Virus record (IMG/VR): IMGVR_UViG_3300012913_000005
Coordinates: 1-27,188 of that record
DNA length: 27,188 bases
Source: a virus
Lineage: Duplodnaviria; Caudoviricetes
Strand: one strand, 5' to 3'
In this document: in pieces, positions 7,539 through 16,114 of the stretch
Layout: the number at the start of each line of letters is the position of its first letter
Position numbering within the stretch: the first letter of the stretch is position 1
Translations under genes and position numbers: made by a program
The notes under the pieces: model-generated
The model's database searches: none
What the model was told of the DNA's origin: nothing
What the model saw: the letters and a program-made list of their open reading frames with translations, nothing else

Positions 7539-9010
7539 CGGCTGAACGGACTCAGGTTGGTCACGCCCATCCTGCCGACCGGCGCGGCGAAGCTACTGGT
7601 CCCGCTCGACCTGTCGGCCCACAGCGACATGACGACCGAGTCACCACGGTCCGGGGATCGACCGAGCCGCTCCACCACCTTGTCCTTCTGCTCCACCTGG
7701 TACTTCGGCGGGACACCGGTGGTCACCTGCCACTTGGGCGTCGTCAGGTCGCTGATCATCAGGTCGTCCGGCGGCAGTGCCAGCACCGGGTCGTAGGCCG
7801 GATCGAGCATCTCGCGCAGGTTCCAGTACGCGGCTGAACGAACGTTCACGAACCCGTACTTGCCGGAACGGTCCCGTACCGTCGTCTTGCCGGACCCGGT
7901 GTACGCCAGCGGTTTGGCGTGCACCTCGCGCAACCGGTCGTAGACACCAGCCCCCAGGCCGATCACGTCCACGATCGCCCGGCCCTCCATCCCCTGAAGC
8001 TGGGCCACCTGACTCATGGTGTCGCGGCGCCGGTTGCCCACCAGCGTGAACGCCCACCCGTCGCGGATCGCGATCACCGACTCGTCACCACCCCGGCCGA
8101 CGTCCACCCCGTTCCAGAGCGGGCCACCCGGGGAGGGACGGCCAGCACGGTCCCAGTCATGCCACCGCTCGATCGCGGCCTCCAGCCACGCCAGCGGGAT
8201 CACCGCGTCCTCGTCCCCGGCGTGGAACTGGCCCAGCACGCGGTTGTGGTACACCGCGCTGTCCTCACCCCATTGCAGGCGCCGCTGATCCGCCCACGTA
8301 CGCGAGATGCGACCGGCGGTGATCGCCTCGTCCAGCGTCACCGATCGGGTCCACCAGTCTTCATACCCCGGCGCCCGCCGGTGGATGTCGTAGAACCTCC
8401 CCGACGGTGAACCCGGCGTGCTCATGGCGAACGCGTACGCGTTGTCGGCGGTGTCCGGACCGGCGTTGGAGAAGGCCCCCTCGATCGAGTCCCAGGTGGC
8501 CGGGGGGACGATCTTCGCCTCATCCAGCAGGTACAGCAGCTCCTCGGCGTGCGCGCCCTCGATCCGCTCCGGCTGGTTGCTGGCCACGGCCGTGGCGGCG
8601 CCGTACTTCAGCTTGATCCGCAGGTCGAGTAGCTCGCTGTTCGGCTTGAACGGGGCCCGGCCGAGCGTCACGAAATCGATGCGCCCGGCCCACTTGTGGA
8701 TCTCCGGCCAGAGGTACACCTCCAGATGCCGCCATGCGCTCGCCGTGGTGATGATCTTCCAGTCCCGTCCGGCCAGGTCGCGCGTGGTGGCGAACCAGTT
8801 GACCAGCACCGCGCCCATGAAGCTCTTCCCCAGCCCGTGCGGCCCCTTCACGGCCACCCGGCGCCGGACCGGTAGTTCGTCCAGCACCTCCCCCTGGTAG
8901 CCCGCCAGGTTGACGTTGAGGCAGTCCCTGGCCCACGCCACCGGGGAGTCACGCCAGCGGCTCAGTCTGGTCCGGCTGATGACCTTGCCCGCCAGGTCGA
9001 TGGGGCTCAT
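7535..9010 (-). CDS. terL: Terminase large subunit
   Basis: Walker A GPHGLGKS, Walker B LLYLLDEA, STP coupling motif, nuclease GVDVGRGGD and SPDRGDS. Confidence 0.93.
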   Translation of the reverse strand: MSPIDLAGKVISRTRLSRWRDSPVAWARDCLNVNLAGYQGEVLDELPVRRRVAVKGPHGLGKSFMGAVLVNWFATTRDLAGRDWKIITTASAWRHLEVYLWPEIHKWAGRIDFVTLGRAPFKPNSELLDLRIKLKYGAATAVASNQPERIEGAHAEELLYLLDEAKIVPPATWDSIEGAFSNAGPDTADNAYAFAMSTPGSPSGRFYDIHRRAPGYEDWWTRSVTLDEAITAGRISRTWADQRRLQWGEDSAVYHNRVLGQFHAGDEDAVIPLAWLEAAIERWHDWDRAGRPSPGGPLWNGVDVGRGGDESVIAIRDGWAFTLVGNRRRDTMSQVAQLQGMEGRAIVDVIGLGAGVYDRLREVHAKPLAYTGSGKTTVRDRSGKYGFVNVRSAAYWNLREMLDPAYDPVLALPPDDLMISDLTTPKWQVTTGVPPKYQVEQKDKVVERLGRSPDRGDSVVMSLWADRSSGTSSFAAPVGRMGVTNLSPFSR

Positions 9011-9180
9011 CCGTCAACCGCCTTCCTGCGTCGGCGAGCTTCGGCGAGCTCCTGATTCATCCGGTCCCGGGACTTCTTGGATCGCAGCGTGTGCGGGCTC
9101 ATCCCCGGTGTCCAGTGCTCGCATCCGGTGTCGTCCGGTACCAGCGCGCGACAGGCGCCGCACGGCCGGTAGGTGATCAT
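9007..9180 (-). CDS. 57-aa protein with CxxC..C.H motif between the terminase subunits
   Basis: Hand translation MITYRPCGACRALVPDDTGCEHW...; ATGA overlaps on both sides. Confidence 0.7.
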   Translation of the reverse strand: MITYRPCGACRALVPDDTGCEHWTPGMSPHTLRSKKSRDRMNQELAEARRRRKAVDG

Positions 9181-9893
9181 GAGGAACTCTCATGTTCGAT
9201 CACGTCCGATGCGTCGATGTCGATCGTGCCCAGGTGCTTCTGAAGCAGGCCGGGCACGAGCGCCGCCTGTTCCGGGGTCAGCACCAACGCTTCCAGCATC
9301 ACCGCGATCCGGCCCGCGACCACGTCGCCCCAGCGTTCGGCCAGCGAGGTGAGCCGATCCGAAATGCCCATGTCATGAGCCGTCTTGGCGTACCGCACGA
9401 CCCGGTCCCGCTCGGCCGCCTCCAGCGCCACCAGCGCCCGGACCTCTTCGGACTGGACGTAGATGCTGCCGTCCTTACCGGCGGCGCCGTACCGGAAGCC
9501 GATCAAGCCTGAGGCCTGAGGCTCATCCTCGGTGACCGGGTTGCCGGGTTCCTCCGGCGACTGGGTGACCTGACGCTGCAACAGCGCGGAGTACGCGGCC
9601 AGCCGCAGCCAGGACATCTGGAGCACAGAGAGCACGGCCACGCCCGCGTCCATCTTCGCGCCGGTGCCGACCGGCGACCACGCGCTGATCCGGGCCTGAC
9701 CCTGTGCCCTGTGGATGTTGCCGCTGTACCCGGCATGGGTCCGGCATTTGTCCGTGCCCTTACGTGCCAGCTGGTGGCACTGGCCTCGGTTCTTCCTCCG
9801 CTGCGCCGTGCACTCCAGCCGGGTGTGTTCCGGGCACCACCTGGCATGCCCGGGGTTGAAGTCCTCGGTGGTCCGGATCGGTCGTGTCGGCAT
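9177..9893 (-). CDS. Probable terminase small subunit
   Basis: N-terminal C..C..CRTHAG zinc motif and helical C-terminal part; upstream of terL. Confidence 0.7.
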   Translation of the reverse strand: MPTRPIRTTEDFNPGHARWCPEHTRLECTAQRRKNRGQCHQLARKGTDKCRTHAGYSGNIHRAQGQARISAWSPVGTGAKMDAGVAVLSVLQMSWLRLAAYSALLQRQVTQSPEEPGNPVTEDEPQASGLIGFRYGAAGKDGSIYVQSEEVRALVALEAAERDRVVRYAKTAHDMGISDRLTSLAERWGDVVAGRIAVMLEALVLTPEQAALVPGLLQKHLGTIDIDASDVIEHESSS

Positions 9894-10060
9894 GCTGCCA
9901 TCCTACTTCCGGATAGGGGGGCATCGGTCACCTCCCCGGCATACCTGGAAAGCACTCAGCCCACCACCTGGACGGGGAGTCGGGTGGCGGGCTGAGGCTG
10001 GACGGAACCCGGGGGCCCCGCATGATCAGGCTACCCGGCGGGAGTCCTGACACTGAACTG

Positions 10061-10513
10061 TCAGGTGATGGACGGCCACGGGGAGGGGGCGACACTCGCC
10101 GCGCCACCGCCGATCACACCGGCGACCGCGTAGAAGAAGACGATCAGCGCGGGGATGAGCGAGACGTAACCAAGGACCAGTCCGGCCACCGCCATGTTCC
10201 TCCCCTTCACCGTGTCGTTGCGGGTCTGGCTGACCCCGACATGACCGAGCACCACGGCCGCGATGCACGGCAGACCCAGCAGACACCAGCCCGTCAGCAC
10301 GCCCACCACGCCGGTCACCAGCGCCCAGACCGCGACCTGACTGTTCGGCCGCGCGTCGTAGGTGCCGGTGGCCCACGGAGCCTGGCCGGGCCGGACCTCG
10401 GCGTGCGGGTGCGGTGTCTCCGGCGGGATGCCGTACTGGGCGAACGTGTCCAGCGGTTGACGCTGGGGAAGCTCGCCCCCGTGGTAGGTGGCCCCCGTCT
10501 TGTCGTTGCTCAT
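10061..10513 (-). CDS. DUF4190-like membrane protein
   Basis: Pro-rich N-terminus, AVWALVTGVVG..AVVLGHVG..KGRNMAVAGLVLGY pattern. Confidence 0.85.
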   Translation of the reverse strand: MSNDKTGATYHGGELPQRQPLDTFAQYGIPPETPHPHAEVRPGQAPWATGTYDARPNSQVAVWALVTGVVGVLTGWCLLGLPCIAAVVLGHVGVSQTRNDTVKGRNMAVAGLVLGYVSLIPALIVFFYAVAGVIGGGAASVAPSPWPSIT

Positions 10514-10547
10514 CGTGTCTCCGGTCTCGCGGTAGATGTCGGTGCGT

Positions 10548-10576
10548 ACCTTACAGTCTGTACTTCTAAGTCACAA
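10548..10576 (-). promoter_or_regulatory. Promoter TTGTGA-17-TAAGGT
   Basis: ACCTTACAGTC half-site of the family. Confidence 0.6.
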
Positions 10577-10579
10577 GGT

Positions 10580-10609
10580 ATCCGGGGGAGGCAAGTACCT
10601 CCCCCGGAT
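10580..10609 (-). terminator. Terminator hairpin after the polymerase gene
   Basis: 12-bp stem ATCCGGGGGAGG/CCTCCCCCGGAT. Confidence 0.7.
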
Positions 10610-10613
10610 CGCC

Positions 10614-13600
10614 TCAACCCTTGGCGTAGCAGAGCGACCAGTCGGTACCGGCCCGGCTGACGTCCGCCAGGATCGGCACGCCGCGCCACTCGAACGAGAG
10701 CGCCTTGACCACCTCGCGGCCGATCTCCTCGGCGTCCTTCTCCGGGACGGCCAGAACTATTTCGTCGTGGATCTGGGCTCGCAGCATCGGCCGGAACTCG
10801 GCCGGGAGCTGGAGCATGCCGTGCATCATGATGTCCCGGGCCGCGCCCTGGCCCATCAGCGCCGGGCCCTGGGTGTAGGCGCGCTGGGGGTCCGGCCGCA
10901 TCATCCGGCCCCATCCGTTGTCCAGCAGCGCACCGGACTCGGCGATCGCGGTCACCTCCTCCTGCCACATCACCAGCCGGGGGAAGCGCTCGCGCATCGA
11001 GCGGTCGAACTGCTGGACCAGCTCCAGCGGGATGTCCTGGCCCTGGCTGATGGCCTTGATCCCACGCCGGTAGTTCCAGCCGTGGCCGATCGCCTTGGCG
11101 TCCTCCCGGCGCGCGACGTCGCCGAACAGCGCCTTGGCAATCTCCGCGTGCGGGTCCTCGTGCTTCAGCATCTCGATGTACGCAGCGTCCTGGCTGAGTC
11201 CGGCCAGCGCGCGCATGTCGACCTGCGACAGGTCGGCGGACAGGAGCACCTGGCCCGGGTCGGGGAGGAAGATGGCGCGTTCGACATGGCGACCGCCGCG
11301 CTTACCGAACACGGTCAGACCCGGGCGAGTCACCGACCAGCGGCCGGTGGCCTGGTCGAACCCGACCTGGGGATGAACCCGGCCGTCCGGGCAGGTGTAG
11401 TCCTGTGCGGTCTGGTACACCGACCGGGCCGACACGATCCGGTAGATCGACTTCACCAGGTCGCGCAGACCGGGGTTGTTCTGCCCGTACTCGCGGCCGT
11501 AGTGCAGCATCGCGTCAGCGCTGATCTGGAGGTCTTCGCTCTTCGGTGTGCGCCACAGGGCGCGGCCCGGCACGCCCGCCTCGATCAGCGCCTTCTCCAC
11601 GGCCTCCTTCCCCGCCTTGGACGCCAGCGGGCTCTTGTACTTGATGCCCTTGGCGTCGGTGGTGGGCACGCCGTACCGGCTCGACAGGGTCTCCATCGCT
11701 TCCCGCTTGCGGTCGTTCACCGCGTCGACCCGCTCGGTCAGCAGCTTCTGATCCACCAGGAACCCGTTGATCGAGATCTGCGCGGCGAGCGCGGCGACCC
11801 GGTGCTCACGCACCACGTACTCCGGCACGGTGCCACCCAGCTTCTCCAGCAGCGTCGCGTGCAACCGGCGGGACAGCTCGACGTCCTGGACCATGTAGGC
11901 CTTGAACGCGCGGCCGTCCTCCGAGTCGTCGATCGGGATGTTCGCCCATCCGCCGTACTTCTTGTCGAGACCGTGGCTGACCTCGGTCATCTTGTGGCCG
12001 AGCCCGTACTGTTCCCCCAGCGCTCCCAGGTTGTACTTGCGGGTCGCGTCCACGCCCTTGTCGCGGGCCATCGGCGGGTCCAGGTAGCGGGCCACCAGGA
12101 GCGCGTCGAACAGGCGGCCGTCATCGGCCAGCCGGTGGACCTCCGGCATGGTCAGCGCGCCAGCACGGACCAGCGCGGGGAGGTCGAAAGCCATGATGTT
12201 GTGGCCGGTGATGGTCTTGCCGGTCCGGATGTCATCGACCACCGAGACCGACACGGCGTCGTTGAACGCGGACACCGGCCCGTCCTCGATGGCGGTTGCG
12301 CCGATGCGCACGTACTCGGTGCCCGGCGTCCGGTAGAGATCATCGGCGTGGCCGGTCTCCAGGTCGAACGTGACGACGTCCTCGGTCGGTTCGGGTTCAG
12401 GCCGGATGTCCGCCCCGCCCTGACAGTTACGGGCGTGGCAGTACACCGGCATCACGCGGGAACACCCGCACTCGTCCAAGAAGCACGGCGCCAGATCAGT
12501 GCGCACGTGTTCCCCGCCGGACAGCAGGCCGGAGCCACACCGTGAACAGGTGTCCACCTGGCTGTCTGCCACCCCGCTGTCAGATGTTGACGTCTCGGTG
12601 TCAACTTCCGTCTGGCAGATGCACGGCATGACGTCCGGATACCCGCACGGTGCCGGATGGCGCGGCTCCGGCTCGACCGGTGCGGGCTCGCTACCCGGCG
12701 CCGGGGGGAGGTCGCCCTCCTCGTGGCAGTTGCCGCAGAACTCCGGCAGCACGCCGTGCGGGCATAGGCCGTCGTCAGGCTCGACCGGTGCGGGCTCGCT
12801 GCCCGGCGCCGGGGGGAGGTCGCCCTCCCAGTAGACCCGGTACACGCTGACGTGGCCGTGACCGGACCGGACCCGGTCCAGCCAGTACCCGCCATACCGG
12901 CGCGACCGGATGCGGGCGTACGCCTCCCCCAGGCTCTTGCCGTAGGTCTTCTCGCTGGGGTCGTCCAGCTTCGGCGGGGCATGGTAGTTGTCCAGGCCCA
13001 GCGTCAGCGCCTTGGTCTTGACGTCGGCCGTCTTGAACTCGTCCTGGCCGAACTGCTCGTACAGCCAGGTCAGGTGGCTGATCCAGTACTGCGAATCGAA
13101 GTCCGACTCGGACCGCCAGACCTTCAGGTTGTCCAGGAACTGCGGGACCCCGGCGGTCTCGACGATCCCGCCCACGATCCGCTCCCAGCCCTCGAACGAA
13201 CCGAACGAGACACCACGGGAGGGGTAGGGCTGACCCTGGGCGAACCAGGCCCGGACCAGCGTCAGGATCGCGGTCATCAGCTGACGCCGGTTGGCCCGGG
13301 TCCAGCTGAGCAGGTCCAGGCCGGACGTGCCCGGGTGCCGGAAGGTGTGCGCGGCCCGGTCCTGCGGGTTGGCGTACTTCGGCCGCAGCGCGATCCGGAA
13401 GACCCGGCGGGTGATGTCGCCTTTCACGTGGACGTTGTTACCCAGGCTCATCCAGGTGACCCGGTTGGGGAAGTTGGCCATCGTGCTGACACCCAGGATG
13501 CGGTCCTGCCAGGTCTCTGCGGTCAGCGCCTGGGCCAGCGGCGCCCCATCCAGGGTGTGCGCCTCATCGAAGATGAAGAACTCAGCGCCGGTCCGGAACG

Positions 13601-15056
13601 CGCTGGTGATCTGCTTACGCAGCTCGTCACTCTCGTCCACCCAGTTCATCGGCTGCGCCGCCTGCCCGGTGTAGACGGTCAGGATCGAGTCGGCCAGCAG
13701 GTTCTTGCCGACGCCCATCTGGAGACCGTCGATCACCGCGAGCGGCGCCCGGGGGACCATGCCCCGGATCGCCGGGGTGACGACCAGACCCAGCAGGTTC
13801 GCCAGGTCGGGCGCGTCGTCCACCGGGAAGTCGCCGAGCCACTCGGTCAGGATCAGCTCACGTGCCGCCGTGATCTGTTCCGGACTCGGCTGGTCCGGTA
13901 CCTCGATCCCGGCGAACACCTCGTCCGGCATCAGGATGGTCCGGGTCGTCTCGTCGTATCCCGGCTCGGTGACGATCGAGCCATCAGGCCGGACGAACGG
14001 GGCATGTGCCAGCCGGTCCAGGGGTGAGAACCGGTCCGCCCGGCTGGACACCGCCATCATCGTCCCCGGGTCCGGCCACGCGAACCCGTACGTGGTGCCC
14101 TGTGCCCCGTTGTTCTCGTTCACCGTCATCGCCGTGGACTGCACGATGTCGTTGAACGAACCCTTGTCCACCGGGGTCATCCCGGCACCGTCGAACCGGC
14201 TGATCACGCCGCCGTGGCAGAACAGCTGCCGCGCGTTCCAGCGCTTCAACAGCGCGTCGGTCAGGTCGTTGATCACCTCGTGCCTGTCTCGGTTGACCAC
14301 GATGGTCACCCGGTCCCCGCCTCCTGTCGGCACGGTTCCTCCCTTGGTCCGCTTGGGTTTGGTGTCGGCGGGCTTGGCCTTGGCGCCGGACAGCACGCGG
14401 GCCAGGTACGCCGCTCGCCGGTCGGCCGGTCGTCCGGCCAGGATGTCGTCCAGGCCGGACTTGTTGGCTCCCCCGGGGAGGCGGCCGAACAGAACCTTGG
14501 TCGCGCCCTCCATGATCAGAGCGTCGGCCAGTCCGATGCCCGCCTCGAACACGTCCGGGTTGCTGCCCGCGTCGCTGTCCAGGATCACGACCACCTGGTA
14601 TCCGTCGGCCACGATGAGGTCGGGGATGGGCGACCCGTCCACCTGCCACATCCGGCACCCGGCGATGCCGTAGACCGAGACGTCATCGGGGGCGTAGCTG
14701 GCCCCGGCCAGGCATTGCTTGGTCCCCTCGATCACGACGATGAGCCGGGGGTTCTCCACCTCGCGCACGGCCCAGAGCACCGGTTGCTCCCCACGGCCGA
14801 ACACGTACTTGCGGGGTTTGCCGCTCTTCTGGTCCTTGGTCGGGTTGTCGGGACGAGCCTGGTACATGATCCGGCCGTCCGGGCTGGTCCAGGGGAACAG
14901 GATGGCCGGGAAGTTCGCGAAGTTGACCCAGTTGTCGCTACCGGTTGCCTCCATGTCGGCCCGGCTGGAGACCGTCTGAACGCCGAGCCTGTCGGCCAGG
15001 CCGACATCTACCGCCTGGGCCGACAGGTACTCCTGGTGTTCCTTGCTCAGTGCCAC
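10614..15056 (-). CDS. Fusion protein: TOPRIM (DUF3854-like) primase + P-loop NTPase/helicase + 3'-5' exonuclease + family A DNA polymerase
   Basis: IEGTKQ and ILDSD (TOPRIM); GLQMGVGKN and FFIFDE (Walker A/B); FDLET, GHNIMAFD, YMVQD (Exo I-III); QATGRWS, DLSQVDMR, REDAKAIGHGWNY, QIHDEI (PolA). Confidence 0.9.
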   Translation of the reverse strand: MALSKEHQEYLSAQAVDVGLADRLGVQTVSSRADMEATGSDNWVNFANFPAILFPWTSPDGRIMYQARPDNPTKDQKSGKPRKYVFGRGEQPVLWAVREVENPRLIVVIEGTKQCLAGASYAPDDVSVYGIAGCRMWQVDGSPIPDLIVADGYQVVVILDSDAGSNPDVFEAGIGLADALIMEGATKVLFGRLPGGANKSGLDDILAGRPADRRAAYLARVLSGAKAKPADTKPKRTKGGTVPTGGGDRVTIVVNRDRHEVINDLTDALLKRWNARQLFCHGGVISRFDGAGMTPVDKGSFNDIVQSTAMTVNENNGAQGTTYGFAWPDPGTMMAVSSRADRFSPLDRLAHAPFVRPDGSIVTEPGYDETTRTILMPDEVFAGIEVPDQPSPEQITAARELILTEWLGDFPVDDAPDLANLLGLVVTPAIRGMVPRAPLAVIDGLQMGVGKNLLADSILTVYTGQAAQPMNWVDESDELRKQITSAFRTGAEFFIFDEAHTLDGAPLAQALTAETWQDRILGVSTMANFPNRVTWMSLGNNVHVKGDITRRVFRIALRPKYANPQDRAAHTFRHPGTSGLDLLSWTRANRRQLMTAILTLVRAWFAQGQPYPSRGVSFGSFEGWERIVGGIVETAGVPQFLDNLKVWRSESDFDSQYWISHLTWLYEQFGQDEFKTADVKTKALTLGLDNYHAPPKLDDPSEKTYGKSLGEAYARIRSRRYGGYWLDRVRSGHGHVSVYRVYWEGDLPPAPGSEPAPVEPDDGLCPHGVLPEFCGNCHEEGDLPPAPGSEPAPVEPEPRHPAPCGYPDVMPCICQTEVDTETSTSDSGVADSQVDTCSRCGSGLLSGGEHVRTDLAPCFLDECGCSRVMPVYCHARNCQGGADIRPEPEPTEDVVTFDLETGHADDLYRTPGTEYVRIGATAIEDGPVSAFNDAVSVSVVDDIRTGKTITGHNIMAFDLPALVRAGALTMPEVHRLADDGRLFDALLVARYLDPPMARDKGVDATRKYNLGALGEQYGLGHKMTEVSHGLDKKYGGWANIPIDDSEDGRAFKAYMVQDVELSRRLHATLLEKLGGTVPEYVVREHRVAALAAQISINGFLVDQKLLTERVDAVNDRKREAMETLSSRYGVPTTDAKGIKYKSPLASKAGKEAVEKALIEAGVPGRALWRTPKSEDLQISADAMLHYGREYGQNNPGLRDLVKSIYRIVSARSVYQTAQDYTCPDGRVHPQVGFDQATGRWSVTRPGLTVFGKRGGRHVERAIFLPDPGQVLLSADLSQVDMRALAGLSQDAAYIEMLKHEDPHAEIAKALFGDVARREDAKAIGHGWNYRRGIKAISQGQDIPLELVQQFDRSMRERFPRLVMWQEEVTAIAESGALLDNGWGRMMRPDPQRAYTQGPALMGQGAARDIMMHGMLQLPAEFRPMLRAQIHDEIVLAVPEKDAEEIGREVVKALSFEWRGVPILADVSRAGTDWSLCYAKG
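12670..12828. repeat. 51-bp direct repeat in the linker (EGDLPPAPGSEPAPVEP x2)
   Basis: 12670-12720 and 12778-12828, one mismatch. Confidence 0.9.
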
Positions 15057-15102
15057 GTCGTGATCAGCCTCTCTGGTGTCGCTGGGTGGTGCGGCTGGAC
15101 TC

Positions 15103-15999
15103 TCACGACTCCAGGGCTGTCAGGGCGTTCTCGATCGCGTCCGCCAGGATCGCGCCGCTGGGGGTGACGGTCCGCTCCCCGGCCTCAGCGACCCGGGCGG
15201 ACCGCAGGATCTCCAGGGCGGATTTGATCCGGGTCGTGGCCCGGGTCAACTGATGGTCCTTCGCCTCGATCCCCCGCTCGGCCAGATTCTGGATCGTCTT
15301 GGCCGCGTCCAGCTCACGGCGGGCCTGGTCCCTCTCGTTCGTAACGGTGTTGAGCTGGAGGGTCAGCCGGGTGCTCATCCGGGTGATATCCCTGGCCAGT
15401 TCGTCACACCGGTCTGCCATCTTGTCCAGCTCGTCACTGAGTGTCTCGGCCTTCTGCCGAGCCTCGCCCAGCGCCACCTCCAGGTACTTGATCCGGTCTC
15501 GATCCAGCCCTTCGGCCCTCTCAGCCTTCTGCTGGGCCACACTGAGCTGACCGGTCAGAACCTCCACCCGGCTCTCCGCCTCATCGGCGCGCGCCTTCTC
15601 GGTGTGCCGGTCCCGGTTCAACTCGCGGGTCCTGTTGGTCAGTTCCGTAATCGTGGCCTGTGCGCTCGTGCAACCGTTGATCCAGGTGTCGCGGGCGTCC
15701 GCCGCCAGCTTCAACGCCGACCGGAGATCTTCGATCTTCGCCCGGAGCGGGGCGGCCACCAGCTCAGTCTCACTGGCCTGAGCAGCGGCCATCTCCTCGT
15801 CCGTGTACAGGTTGCGGCTCGGCAGGTCCGCCGATGCCCGGCTGGACCGGATTCGTTCTAGCTCGTCTTCCAGTACAACGACCCGGTTCCGGTTGAACTC
15901 CCGGCTCTCCGCCATCTCGGCGTAACGTGCCTTGAAGATCTCCAGGAGATCCAGGAACTCCGGGGCGTTGTCATCGACGGTGATACGAATCGTGCTCAT
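15103..15999 (-). CDS. Long coiled-coil protein
   Basis: A/E/L/R-rich heptads; GGGGAG RBS before MSTIRI (alternative start 16014). Confidence 0.8.
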   Translation of the reverse strand: MSTIRITVDDNAPEFLDLLEIFKARYAEMAESREFNRNRVVVLEDELERIRSSRASADLPSRNLYTDEEMAAAQASETELVAAPLRAKIEDLRSALKLAADARDTWINGCTSAQATITELTNRTRELNRDRHTEKARADEAESRVEVLTGQLSVAQQKAERAEGLDRDRIKYLEVALGEARQKAETLSDELDKMADRCDELARDITRMSTRLTLQLNTVTNERDQARRELDAAKTIQNLAERGIEAKDHQLTRATTRIKSALEILRSARVAEAGERTVTPSGAILADAIENALTALES

Positions 16000-16066
16000 G
16001 TCCGTTCTCCCCATCCTCTGACCTATCCGACAAAGGGGACTCGGGTCCCCCCGTCGTGAGATTGCT

Positions 16067-16096
16067 ACCTTACAGTCCAGCCGGGGAGGTACACAA
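16067..16096 (-). promoter_or_regulatory. Promoter TTGTGT-18-TAAGGT overlapped by a 10-bp inverted repeat (16077-16109)
   Basis: ACCTTACAGTC half-site; CCAGCCGGGG/CCCCGGCTGG. Confidence 0.6.
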
Positions 16097-16114
16097 CCGC
16101 CCCGGCTGGTTCGT

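Noticed and set aside
10536-12545. 669-aa + strand ORF and other long + strand ORFs (924-2147, 12852-14027, 13705-14673, 19731-20918, 23840-24751)
   Set aside because: Antisense shadows of motif-bearing minus-strand genes, expected at this GC content; no recognisable motifs
12380-12830. Intein in the polymerase fusion
   Set aside because: No intein-type splice junction (HN followed by C/S/T) or LAGLIDADG blocks seen; it lies between domains rather than in a conserved motif
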